Part shown: positions 18,121 to 27,800 of the stretch, piece by piece | How the letters are laid out: each line of letters begins with the position of its first letter | Position numbering within the stretch: position 1 is the stretch's first letter | Assembly: GCA_043821445.1 (NCBI GenBank) | Contig: JBDRCT010000013.1 | Span: forward strand, 82,149 to 146,148 | DNA: 64,000 nt | Direction of reading: 5' to 3' | From: Candidatus Omnitrophota bacterium | GTDB taxonomy: Bacteria; Omnitrophota; Omnitrophia; Omnitrophales; Aquincolibacteriaceae | Position numbers and translations under genes: made by a program | Notes under the pieces: generated by a model | What the model saw: the letters and a program-made list of their open reading frames with translations, nothing else | Databases searched by the model: none | What the model was told of the DNA's origin: nothing

Positions 18121-18262
18121 ACGGACGTCCTGCAACAGAACAATTCATTCCCAATTGTTCGGCATGCCTTCCTAACCCTTCGATTTTGCCGCATGCGGCA
18201 AAATTCATTCCCAATTTCCTGGCCCGCCGGGCAATTCATCCGCTTGACAAAGGAATTAGCGG
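18121..18262. repeat. Second array of CCCAATT + palindrome modules between the RhuM-Fic gene and the small ORFs
   Basis: ggacgtcc, caattcattcccaatt-gttcGGCATGCC, attttgccgcatgcggcaaaat (22-nt perfect palindrome, 18183-18204), aaattcattcccaatt-tcctGGCCCGCCGGGC. Confidence 0.65.
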
Positions 18263-18266
18263 CCTA

Positions 18267-19241
18267 TCAGCCTAACAAATTCAAGATCACTTTAGTCATG
18301 ACATCTTTTTCGGATGCTTTGCTGGCCGCGACCATCAAGGTCAATGCCACAAGGGCATTGTCATCGATCCGCCGAGTTCCATCCTTACACAAGAGAATGC
18401 CATTTCTCTGCAGAAAACAGACGAACAACGCCGCAGCGATCCGCTTATTCCCGTCCACAAAGCTGTGGTTCTTGGTCACGAAGTACAAAAGATGCGCGGC
18501 TTTTTCCTCGACTGTCGGATACACGTCCTTGCCGCCGAAGGTCTGATAAACAGCTCCGATGGAACTTCGGAAACCAGCGTCCTTTTCCCTGCCCACGAGC
18601 GCCGAATCATGAAACTTCTTTTTCATGGTCTCGATGATCTTTCGGGCTTCTTCATAAGTCAGTTCGAATCTGGCTTTTTTTGTCCCCTTGGGTTTTGAGA
18701 GCTTTTCGTGGTCAAAATCGTCGAGGATGTCCAACGCACGGGAATACTCCGTAATTACCTGGGCGATCCCTGCCGCTTCTGGAGCCAAGCCTTCGACCGC
18801 CGCGACATTCCCGATAAGAGCTATCGCCTTTCGAAGTTCCAGGTATTTGCCTTGAGCCGCCCGTAACCTCTTTTCGTTAAGGGTATATCCCTCGATCAAA
18901 TGCTTTTTCAGCACCTGAGTGGCCCAAATCCGGAATTGCGTTCCCCTCTTGGAATTGACCCGATAACCAACGGAAATGATCATATCGAGGTTATAAAATG
19001 TTACGGGTTTATCGGAGTTAGCAATGTGCATTTTTTGCACATTGCTTTTTTGCTCTAATTCCCCCGTATTGAATATGTTATGAATATGCTTCGTAATAAC
19101 ACTCCGTTCTATTTCGAAAAGTTCGGACATTTGTTTTTGCGTAAGCCAAACAGTGTCCTTATCAAGACGGACCTCAAATCGATCCTTATAGAGGATGACC
19201 TCTCCGCCCTTTACTTCGTTATTATTTTCAAGGCCGCTCAT
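18267..19241 (-). CDS. RhuM-family N-terminal domain fused to Fic/Doc (death-on-curing type) domain
   Basis: N-term VWLTQKQMSELF...FYNLDMIISVGYRVNSKRGTQFRIWATQ (RhuM); C-term HSFVDGNKRIAAALF (Fic/Doc HxFx[DN]GNKR motif); ATG overlaps gatA TGA. Confidence 0.8.
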   Translation of the reverse strand: MSGLENNNEVKGGEVILYKDRFEVRLDKDTVWLTQKQMSELFEIERSVITKHIHNIFNTGELEQKSNVQKMHIANSDKPVTFYNLDMIISVGYRVNSKRGTQFRIWATQVLKKHLIEGYTLNEKRLRAAQGKYLELRKAIALIGNVAAVEGLAPEAAGIAQVITEYSRALDILDDFDHEKLSKPKGTKKARFELTYEEARKIIETMKKKFHDSALVGREKDAGFRSSIGAVYQTFGGKDVYPTVEEKAAHLLYFVTKNHSFVDGNKRIAAALFVCFLQRNGILLCKDGTRRIDDNALVALTLMVAASKASEKDVMTKVILNLLG

Positions 19242-20698
19242 AATTGAGGCTTCCGCTTGTAAAATTCCGTTTCCTGCTCAAAGGCGTGGGCGGCGCGGAG
19301 CATGGTGGATTCGTCGAACGGACGGGCCATGAGCTGCATGCCGATGGGAAGACCGCCGCTTGTGAATCCGCACGGGACCGACATCGCCGGAATTCCCGCC
19401 AGGTTCGCCGGGATCGTAAAAATATCAGACAAGTACATCGCAATCGGGTCCGCGGCCTTCTCACCGATCTTGAACGCCGCGGTGGGCGACGTAGGCGAAA
19501 GGATCACATCCACTTCTTTAAACGCCTTTTCGAAATCTTGGCGGATGAGCGTGCGGACCTTCTGCCCTTTCAGGTAATACGCTTCGTAATAACCGGCCGA
19601 GAGGACAAAGGTGCCGAGCAGAATGCGGCGTTTCGCCTCCTGTCCGAACCCACGGTCGCGTGTCTCAAAATACATCTCGCGAAGATCTTTCGCATGGACC
19701 CTCAAACCGTATTCCACGCCGTCAAAGCGGCCGAGGTTTGAACTCGCCTCCGCCACGGCGACAATATAGTAAACAGCGACCGAATACTCCGTGTGCGGAA
19801 GACTGATCGTCCTGATCTCGGCGCCGAGCTTCTTATAGATCTCCGCGGCCTGGTGCACGCTTTTTTCGATCTGAGGATCGATCCCCGCGATGAAATATTC
19901 TTTCGGGAGACCGATCTTAAGACCCTTCACATTGCGCGTGAGCGCCTGCGTAAAATCCGGAACGTTCTCGGGCGAAGAAGTGGAATCCTTCGGATCATGA
20001 CCGCACAGGATATTCATCAGAATGGCCGCATCTTCCACGGTTTTGGTGAGAGGACCGATCTGGTCAAAGCTGGAGCCGAATGCGATAAGCCCGTAGCGCG
20101 ACACGCGTCCGTAGGTGGGTTTCACGCCGACCACGCCGCAAAGTGCCGCGGGTTGACGGATCGAACCGCCGGTATCGGACCCCAAAGCCGCAACCGTCAT
20201 GTCCGCCGCGACTGAAGCCGCCGAGCCGCCGCTGGAGCCGCCCGGCACGCGCTCCAGGTCCCAGGGATTCCGGCACGGACCGAACGCGGAAGTCTCACAG
20301 GAGGAACCGAACGCGAATTCATCCATGTTGCACTGCCCGAAAAGCGTCGCGCCCGCATTTTTAAGTTTCGTGATCACGGTCGCATCGTAGGGGGGCACGT
20401 GCTTCGCCAGGATCTTCGACGCGCAGGTCACTTCCCTGCCATCAATGCAAATGTTGTCCTTGATGGAGATGGGAACGCCGTAAAGCGGCCCTTTACCAAT
20501 CACCCTGCGTGTCGCACTGCGTAAGTCTGATTCATCACCGTTATCCAGTGCAATGGGATGATCCGAGCGTAGAAACGCATTTATTTTCGGATTCAGGGCT
20601 TTGACGCGTTTTTCGAAAGCTTTAAGAATGGTCGGCGGGCCGACTTGTTTAGAGATCCCGATCGCTTCTTTGAGAGTCAGAGAACAGAGGTCGGTCAT
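19238..20698 (-). CDS. gatA: Glutamyl-tRNA(Gln) amidotransferase subunit A
   Basis: Amidase signature GGSSGGSAASVAA, 486 aa. Confidence 0.9.
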   Translation of the reverse strand: MTDLCSLTLKEAIGISKQVGPPTILKAFEKRVKALNPKINAFLRSDHPIALDNGDESDLRSATRRVIGKGPLYGVPISIKDNICIDGREVTCASKILAKHVPPYDATVITKLKNAGATLFGQCNMDEFAFGSSCETSAFGPCRNPWDLERVPGGSSGGSAASVAADMTVAALGSDTGGSIRQPAALCGVVGVKPTYGRVSRYGLIAFGSSFDQIGPLTKTVEDAAILMNILCGHDPKDSTSSPENVPDFTQALTRNVKGLKIGLPKEYFIAGIDPQIEKSVHQAAEIYKKLGAEIRTISLPHTEYSVAVYYIVAVAEASSNLGRFDGVEYGLRVHAKDLREMYFETRDRGFGQEAKRRILLGTFVLSAGYYEAYYLKGQKVRTLIRQDFEKAFKEVDVILSPTSPTAAFKIGEKAADPIAMYLSDIFTIPANLAGIPAMSVPCGFTSGGLPIGMQLMARPFDESTMLRAAHAFEQETEFYKRKPQL

Positions 20699-20976
20699 CG
20701 TTGCACGATCTTGGGGACCTTGAAGAAAGGACCCTCGGTCTGCGGGGCGTGTTCGAGGGCCTTGGGGGCGGCGTCCGAGGGCTTTACTTCATCGGCGCGG
20801 AACACGTTCTCCATATTGAGGACATGGCTCGTGGGCTCGACATCCTTCGTGTCCAAGGCGTCCAGCTTTTGGACATAGGCAAGAATGGCGTCGAGATCTT
20901 TTGCGAGCTTCTGTTTTTCTTCGGGTTTCAGATTGAGCCGCGCGAGTTCGGCGACCCTTTCGATATTGAATTCCAT
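20695..20976 (-). CDS. gatC: Asp/Glu-tRNA amidotransferase subunit C
   Basis: 93 aa, LARLNLKPEE...FFKVPKI; AGGAGG SD. Confidence 0.85.
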   Translation of the reverse strand: MEFNIERVAELARLNLKPEEKQKLAKDLDAILAYVQKLDALDTKDVEPTSHVLNMENVFRADEVKPSDAAPKALEHAPQTEGPFFKVPKIVQR

Positions 20977-21003
20977 CGGGCCTCCTTTAAACAGATGGCG
21001 ACA

Positions 21004-21031
21004 TTCTGCCCGAAGGCGAAGGGAGTGTCAA
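21004..21031 (-). promoter_or_regulatory. Candidate promoter for gatCA(B): -35 TTGACA / 16-17 bp / -10 CAGAAT
   Basis: Minus strand TTGACActcccttcgccttcgggCAGAATgtcgccatctgtttaaAGGAGGcccgATG. Confidence 0.3.
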
Positions 21032-21170
21032 TGGAAGGGGCCGGCCGGTATTTTTTTATTTCTAGAATGCGACCTGAACACGGCTGATGAAGGCGTTTTC
21101 AATCGGCCGGGTACTGGTTCCGTATTGGGTCAAACCGCCCGTATTAAAAAATGTTTCTTCAAAACCGGTC

Positions 21171-22604
21171 TTAGAATTTCAGATTCAAATCCAGGATAAA
21201 TTTCCGGTGCTCCTGATCAAGAATGCCGTAGCTCCCGGTATTCAGAGAATTTGTAAAAAAGCCTGCCGCGTTCACCGTAACGTTGTCAGTAAGTCCATAA
21301 CCCAACCTGATGACGCTTCCCCGTTGTCCGGCCGTTCCGTTGCCGAAATCGCCGTCCGTGAAGGCTCCGACGACGGAATTCGCGCCGATCCATTTGTAGG
21401 CATAGCTGGCTTCCAAATCGTGTTTTTTCTTGACCTTGCCGAGCGCGAGCCCGACCGACCACGCGTCCGAACCGTCCATGATCATGTTGGAGCGGTCCGT
21501 CATGTTCCTGGCCCAATCAAAAAAAGGCTTCATTGGGATCCCCCGGGGATAAAAAGTGATCGAGGAATAGGATTCGAAAACATTGAATCCTTGGGCGTTC
21601 AATTCGGTCGTGTTCCAGGGAGTAACGGGATTGCCTTTCGCGAAGCTCGTCCCGAAAATCGTGAAGTTGCTATGCTTGGCATAACCGGCGTAGTTGTAGA
21701 AAGAAAGCGCTGAAAATGCTTTCACCGGTTTCTGGGTGATCCCGAGGTCCAGGGTCGGGCTCAACGCCACTTGATAAGCGAAAAGCTCGGCATCACGGCC
21801 TCCTTTGGCCGCATCCTCGTCCAGGACAAATTGCCCGGCCTGGGCATACCCCTTGAGGTCCACTTTGTCGTTCTTGAAGATATTAAAATCCACCTTTTCG
21901 TAGATACCCTCCGGCGTCACGTCGCGGTCCCAGATCATGTCCGTTGAACCTTCCTCGAACGGATTTTGGACCTTTCCGGCCGTGATGTTCAGACCCGCGA
22001 CCGGCCCGACCTTGGCCCACTCGGGAAGATAGGTCACAAATATCTTGTTGATCCAGAGGTTCTTGAAATTGAAATTGCTATCCATGTTCTGGTTGTTCGA
22101 GGTGGGGGCCACATTGTTCCCATTCGCAGCGCTCTGTGGACCGGAAGCCAGTTCAAATCCCGTTTTGATCTCCGGAGAGAACGCTTTTTCAAACCCAAAA
22201 CGCAAACGGAAAAAGAAAGCATTGCGGTCCGGCGTCTCGGACTGGCTCCCGCTCGTGTAATCCGATCCCGAATAGCGCAGCCGCGTATCCCCCTTGAATA
22301 CAAGCCCGTCAAGCCACTTGTTCGCGCCCCCCAGGGATTTTCCAAGTCTTTCCGAGAATTCTTTCTCAGACATCGGCGCCACTGCCTGCCCTTGCTCCGC
22401 ACCCTGCCCCCCGATCTGGATCGCAGCCTCGTGTTTCTCGATCTGGCCAAGCCTCTGACTTTGCGCATCGATCACGCTCTGCATCTGCATCATCTGTTTC
22501 TGCAGATTCTGGATCATGGCCATCATCTCCGCCTCACCCGCCAGGGCGGATCCGGCATTCAGGGTCAGTAAAAAGACCAGCATTATCAAAAAGTTTCTTT
22601 TCAT
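21171..22604 (-). CDS. Putative outer-membrane porin with N-terminal coiled coil
   Basis: Signal peptide MKRNFLIMLVFLLTLNAGSALA, Q/M-rich coiled coil, beta-strand-rich body, C-terminal ...LDLNLKF; GGAGG SD before MKRNF start. Confidence 0.55.
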   Translation of the reverse strand: MKRNFLIMLVFLLTLNAGSALAGEAEMMAMIQNLQKQMMQMQSVIDAQSQRLGQIEKHEAAIQIGGQGAEQGQAVAPMSEKEFSERLGKSLGGANKWLDGLVFKGDTRLRYSGSDYTSGSQSETPDRNAFFFRLRFGFEKAFSPEIKTGFELASGPQSAANGNNVAPTSNNQNMDSNFNFKNLWINKIFVTYLPEWAKVGPVAGLNITAGKVQNPFEEGSTDMIWDRDVTPEGIYEKVDFNIFKNDKVDLKGYAQAGQFVLDEDAAKGGRDAELFAYQVALSPTLDLGITQKPVKAFSALSFYNYAGYAKHSNFTIFGTSFAKGNPVTPWNTTELNAQGFNVFESYSSITFYPRGIPMKPFFDWARNMTDRSNMIMDGSDAWSVGLALGKVKKKHDLEASYAYKWIGANSVVGAFTDGDFGNGTAGQRGSVIRLGYGLTDNVTVNAAGFFTNSLNTGSYGILDQEHRKFILDLNLKF

Positions 22605-22639
22605 GGGATCCTCCACGGGTTAATAAAAGGTTGTTTTTC

Positions 22640-22680
22640 AAAAAAAAGGGCGGCCGATTCTAAGAAAAATCTGCCCGCCC
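22640..22680 (-). terminator. Intrinsic terminator-like hairpin (GGGCGGCC...GCCCGCCC + U8 on minus strand) 36 nt upstream of the porin ATG
   Basis: Plus strand a8-GGGCGGCC-gattctaagaaaaatct-GCCCGCCC; on the minus strand the hairpin is followed by UUUUUUUU. Confidence 0.55.
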
Positions 22681-22915
22681 TTTGATGGTATCAAAAACGG
22701 AAGTTACAAGAAGCGATTTCGAAAGCAACGGCCAATTCCTTTTCATGACTTTTCTGTCAAATATCGCTTGGCTCATGGCTCTTCTTTCCGTAAATTAGCA
22801 TCGACAAATCGTTTGTAAAACTTAAAAAATTCCTCATCCTTAACGGGGTAGATCCTCCATGAGGGATTAAAAGTGATGACATTCTGTCGGAATTTTCAGG
22901 AAGTGTTTAAAAGGT

Positions 22916-23791
22916 CTAAGACGGTTCGCCAGCTTTGGGAAGCGGAAGGATGCGGTATTTTTTCAGGACCTTGTCGGGATGGTAGGAGGATTTCGCGATG
23001 CGGAGGGCAAGTTTCCCTAAGTCTTGTTCGAAGTTCAAAAAAGCGTATTGCTTCGGCAATATCTTCGTGAAGTGGTTATCCATGTATTGGTAGAGCCCTT
23101 TGAACTTCCGCTTCCCTTTCGCAAAATGGAGCGTGAACATGTCCGGACGAACCTCCTCGCCGATGATGAACCCTGCCGCTTCCCCTTCGACATAATAGAT
23201 CCCGCCGCAGAGGATCAGTTCGTCATAACGTTCGAACGCTTCACGGCACGGAAAATAATCCGTGGCCGGCTTTTCCTCCCCTACATCCTCCTGCCAAGCC
23301 TCCAGGACCTTCCGCGCATCGTCCATGCGGTCCTGCGTCAAGGGCCGGGCCTCGGGCGCGTACCGCGAAAGGAACTGGTTCAGGAGGTTCTTCTGACCGT
23401 GCAGTTTTTGTCCTTGATAAGTCGAAAGCTTCTCGACCGTATAGATATAATCCGAATCATCTTCCGAGGATTTAAACGAAACTTTCTTTTCATCAAAGGC
23501 TGGGAGCCATTCCTCCGGGACAGGGAAAATAAATTCCCCTTCTTTCAAAAGCCGTAACACGGCGTCCGCCTCTTCTTTACGGATCTCCGCTGCCGGCATC
23601 AGGAACCGGCGGCTGTCGTAAGCCCTGCCGCTGATAAAGATCCCTTCCGGAATGGTGACGACGTGGTAGTCATGAACTTCGCGAAAAAGATAAAGGTTCG
23701 CGAAACTGAATTCGGAAAGGAATGAACCGGCATTCTTCAGGCGGTCGCGGAGAAGGGTTTGGTGTTCCAGTCCGAGTTTTTCGGAGATCAT
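22916..23791 (-). CDS. DUF2156-like protein (MprF C-terminal-domain-like fold)
   Basis: 291 aa; pattern recalled as DUF2156-like; weak call. Confidence 0.4.
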   Translation of the reverse strand: MISEKLGLEHQTLLRDRLKNAGSFLSEFSFANLYLFREVHDYHVVTIPEGIFISGRAYDSRRFLMPAAEIRKEEADAVLRLLKEGEFIFPVPEEWLPAFDEKKVSFKSSEDDSDYIYTVEKLSTYQGQKLHGQKNLLNQFLSRYAPEARPLTQDRMDDARKVLEAWQEDVGEEKPATDYFPCREAFERYDELILCGGIYYVEGEAAGFIIGEEVRPDMFTLHFAKGKRKFKGLYQYMDNHFTKILPKQYAFLNFEQDLGKLALRIAKSSYHPDKVLKKYRILPLPKAGEPS

Positions 23792-23815
23792 GGCTATCCG
23801 CTCAGAGGAGCGTTC

Positions 23816-24487
23816 TTATTTCTTCCATTTGATTGAACAACCGACCGCGTGTTTCTGGTCCGCGGACACGGGTTCTCCGGCGAGCACCGCGGCCACCGCG
23901 GCCCGGACATCCTTGCCAGTCACGGGTAACGCGTTGCCCGGACGGGCGTCATCATACTGGCCCCGGTAGACGAGTTTGCGGTCTTTGTCAAAAAGAAGGA
24001 AGTCCGGCGTGGCGACCGCGGTGTAGGCCTTCGCCACCTCTTGGCTCCCGTCAAAGAGGACAGGGAACGTAAAACCTTCGCTTACGGCCATATCTTTTAG
24101 GCTTTCCGGGCTGTCATCCGGATAGGCGCCGGGATCGTTTGAACTGATCCCGACGATCGCGAGCCCTTTACCTGCATAATCCTTGCCCAGACCCGCGAGG
24201 TCCCGGCGGATATGTTTCACGTAGGGACAGTGCCGGCACAAGATCACGACCAGGAACGCTGTTTGGTCCTTGAAATCGTCGCGCCGGACGATCTTCCCGG
24301 TCACAACATCCGGGAGCGCGAAATCCGGGGCCTGGCTCCCCATTTCGAGAAGTCCTTTTTTCTCTTCCGTGCTGGCCGCCGCCCGCGCCGCGGGAACGCC
24401 CACAAAACCGGCCGCAATGGCGACCGCGGCGATCAGGACCGTGAAATAGAAAAAGCGTGTCTTATTCATCGCCAGCCTCCTTTTCAA
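23816..24487 (-). CDS. Membrane-anchored thioredoxin-fold thiol-disulfide oxidoreductase (TlpA/redoxin-like)
   Basis: N-terminal TM anchor, CxxC LCRHCPYVKH. Confidence 0.65.
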   Translation of the reverse strand: MKRRLAMNKTRFFYFTVLIAAVAIAAGFVGVPAARAAASTEEKKGLLEMGSQAPDFALPDVVTGKIVRRDDFKDQTAFLVVILCRHCPYVKHIRRDLAGLGKDYAGKGLAIVGISSNDPGAYPDDSPESLKDMAVSEGFTFPVLFDGSQEVAKAYTAVATPDFLLFDKDRKLVYRGQYDDARPGNALPVTGKDVRAAVAAVLAGEPVSADQKHAVGCSIKWKK

Positions 24488-24555
24488 TGTCAGGGATCCC
24501 CCGCTAAATTATTTCACCGGCGGGGCTGACCGGCCCTTGCCCGCGGATTGAATAT

Positions 24556-24765
24556 CTACTCAGGCCGGGAACAGCAACTGCCCTTGACGCCGAACTTCTT
24601 CAGGATGATCTCGGCAAGGCACCAGCCGGTAAACGCGGACTGAACGAGATTTACGCCGATGAGCGTGGTCCAGATCAGCCACCAAGGGCTTACCCAGATC
24701 GCGAGCGCGACGCTCATGAGAATAAAAGTCCCCGCGATGATACGAATGTATTTTTCCATGGTCAT
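24556..24765 (-). CDS. DUF2892 (YgaP-like) small membrane protein
   Basis: 69 aa, RIIAGTFILMSVALAIW...GWCLAEIILKKFG. Confidence 0.55.
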   Translation of the reverse strand: MTMEKYIRIIAGTFILMSVALAIWVSPWWLIWTTLIGVNLVQSAFTGWCLAEIILKKFGVKGSCCSRPE

Positions 24766-24780
24766 AGTTTTCTCCTTAGC

Positions 24781-24863
24781 TCAACGTGCGACGCGCAACG
24801 CGCAACGTTTTTTTACTTGGTTTTTTACGTTGTGCGTTGCCCGTTGAGCGTTGCGCTTTTTTT
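24781..24863. repeat. CAACG/CGTTG-rich palindromic element, copy 2; right arm encodes the last 11 aa + stop of the RND pump
   Basis: tcaacgtgcgacgcgcaacgcgcaacg-tttttttacttggtttttta-cgttgtgcgttgcccgttgagcgttgcgc-ttttttt. Confidence 0.5.
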
Positions 24864-27800
24864 AGCCATCATGTAATAAAAGACAGGTACGGCTGTGCGC
24901 GAAAGAAGGGTCGACGCAATTTCTCCTGCCATCAAAGCCACCGCCAATCCCTGAAAGATCGGATCGAACAGGATCACGGAAGCTCCGACCACCACCGCCG
25001 CGGCGGTCAGAAGCATGGGCCGGAACCGTTGCACGCCCGCTTCGATCACCGCTTCTTCAAGCGGCATACCGTCCGCGCGTTTCAATTCGATAAAATCCAC
25101 CAGGATAATAGAATTACGGACCACGATCCCTGCACCCGCGATCATCCCGATCATCGACGTCGCGGTAAAGAACACACCTCCGAGCCAGTGTGCCGGCAAA
25201 ATGCCGATCAGCGTGAGCGGGATCGGTAGCATAATGATCCACGGCGTCTTGAACGACTGGAACCAGCCGACCACCAGGACGTAGATCAAAAGCAGAACAA
25301 ACGCAAATGCTATCCCCAGATCGCGGAACACTTCGAAGGTGATCTGCCACTCCCCGTCCCACTTGAGGGTCCAACGGTCTGTCGCGGACGGCTGGCCGTT
25401 GAAAAGCTGATCGAGCGTTTTCTGGCCTTCATGGTTTTCCGGTGCCGGCATCTTCGCGATATTCTTTTTGAGTTTCAGGATCGCGTAAGCCGGGCTCTCG
25501 AATTTGCCTCCCACGTCCGCGATCACATAGGAAACCCGCATGAGATTTTTGTGATAGATCGCACGGTCCTTGAACCTATCCTGGATCTCCACAAGATCTT
25601 TAATCGGGATAGGGCTCCCGTAACGAGAAAGAAGCGTCATGTTGAGCACAGCATCCAGCGTCTTCCTTTTCTCCTCCGGCAACCTCACCAGGATCTCGAC
25701 CGGCTCATATTCACCGGAGAGATGCGCAAGATCCACGGCCTTTCCCCCGATCGCGGTCGTGATGGCCTCCGCGATGTGTGTCACAGGAATACCGTTCAGG
25801 GAAGCTTTTTGAGTGTTCACTTTCAGACTTGCCAGTTTTTCCTCGGCCTGAACATAGGTGTCGATGTCGGTGATATCTTTATCCTCGGAAAGCATTTTTT
25901 CGATCCGGCCAGTAAGCTCATTCTGTCCTTCCTGGGTCGGACCATAGACCTCAAGAACAAGGGTCGAAAGCACCGGCGGCCCCGGCGGAACCTCGGCTAC
26001 TTGAACGTGCCCGCCATATTTTTTCACGATTTCATGGACTTTCGGCCGCACGGCTTTGGCGATATCATGACTTTGACGCTTACGGTCATGCTTGCCCGCC
26101 AAATTCACCTGAAGGTCCGCTTGGTGCGGTTTGGAGCGCAGGAAATAATGACGCACGAGCCCGTTAAAGTTATAAGGGGCCGCCGTCCCCACGTACATTT
26201 CAATGTCCTTCACCTCCGGGACCGTGACCAGATAATCCGCGATCTCCGTGATCGCAGCCTGAGTCCGGGCCTTGGGCGTTCCTTCCGGCATATTGAGGAC
26301 CACTTGGAACTCATTTTTATTATCAAAGGGAAGCATTTTCATCCGGACAAGTTTCAAGGGCACCAGCATCACGACTGCTAAAAGAAGGATCCCCAGCGCC
26401 CAAAGGAATTTTTTACGGATCTTCGGGTTATGGATCAAAGGATTCATGTATGAGCGGTAAAGACGCGTCAGGAAATCCTCTTTTTCGCCTTCATGATGGA
26501 CCTTGAGCTTGCCCTGAGCGAACGCCCGGCCCAGGATCTGATAAGCGGCCCACGGTGTCGCCACGAACGCCACGAACATCGAGAACATCATGGCTGCGCT
26601 CGCCCCAATCGGAATGGGGCGCATATAGGGTCCCATAAGACCGCGCACGAAGGCCATAGGAAGGATCGCCGCGATCACCGTGAGCGTCGCGAGGATCAAA
26701 GGGCTCCGGACTTCGTTGACGGCCTCGATCGTGACATCCAGGATGTTCTTGCCCTTGTTCTCAGGCATCCGGAGATGACGGACAATGTTCTCTACGTCCA
26801 CGATCGGGTCATCGACCAGGATCCCGATGGAAAATATAAGCGCAAAAAGTGTGATGCGGTTCAGCGTAAACCCGAGAAAATAGAACGTCGCAAGCGTGAG
26901 CGCGAGCGTCATCGGGATCGCGATCGCCACCACGCCCGCCTCCCGGCTCCCGAGCGCCCAGGCGATCAAGAGACTGACCCCGAATACCGCGATCCCCATA
27001 TGAAACAAAAGTTCGTTGGATTTTTCCTTGGCCGTTTCGCCGTAGTCACGTGTCACGGTCATCTGGACGTCCTTGGGAATCACTGCTTCGGGTATTTTTT
27101 TGATCGTATGGAGGATCACGTCCGACAAATGAGCGGCGTTCGCTCCCTTGCGCTTGGAAATGGCGAGCGTCACCGCATCGAAGGGCCCCTTTTTTTGATC
27201 CTTGGCGGCCGGGCCAAAAAGGATCTGCGTCGAGCGTTCTTCCTGATCGGGACCGTCCACAATTTGCGCGATATCCTTAAGCATTACGATGTTTCCGGCG
27301 TTCACTCCGACCACAAGGTTTTCAAGGTCCGACTTTGTTTTGAAGAAAGAGTTCGCCTCCACCGATTCCAGCGCCGGTTCGCTTTCCAAATGGCCGGCAT
27401 TCTGTTTCACATTTGCGGCGCGTATCAACTGCCCGATCTCAAGAGGATTCAAAAGCCTCGCTTTTAATTCTTCCTCATCAAAAAAGACCTGAAATTGCCG
27501 CTTGCGACCACCCGTGATGTGCGTTCTCGAAACTTCGGGAATCGCATTCACGATATTTTGAAGATGGGCCACGGTCCTGCGTAGCGCCATCGGGTCCTGC
27601 TTTTCACTATGGAACGTAAGCGTCAGGATGGGCACGTCGTCGATCGATCGGACTTTGATGAGCGGCTGCGTCGCACCCTCGGGAAGAAAATCGAGATTGG
27701 AATGGACCTTGGTGTAGAGCTTGATCAGGCTTCTTTCGACATCTTCCCCCACTTTGAACCGGACAATGATCAGTGCGCCTTCGGGCTCGATCGTGGAATA

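Noticed and set aside
17316-18262. CRISPR array interpretation of the palindrome clusters
   Set aside because: The repeats are not identical to one another, spacing is irregular (36-51 bp and less), and no cas genes are in the window. They are better described as arrays of variable palindromes.
16290-19241. Classic integrative element (integrase or transposase-borne island)
   Set aside because: No integrase, transposase or recombinase ORF is present. Junctions are start/stop overlaps rather than att or TIR sites. I favour recombination-mediated acquisition.
25431-27467. Long plus-strand ORFs (316 and 324 aa) inside the RND gene
   Set aside because: They are antisense to the 1079-aa RND permease, Arg/His-rich with no domain signatures, and typical of high-GC antisense frames.
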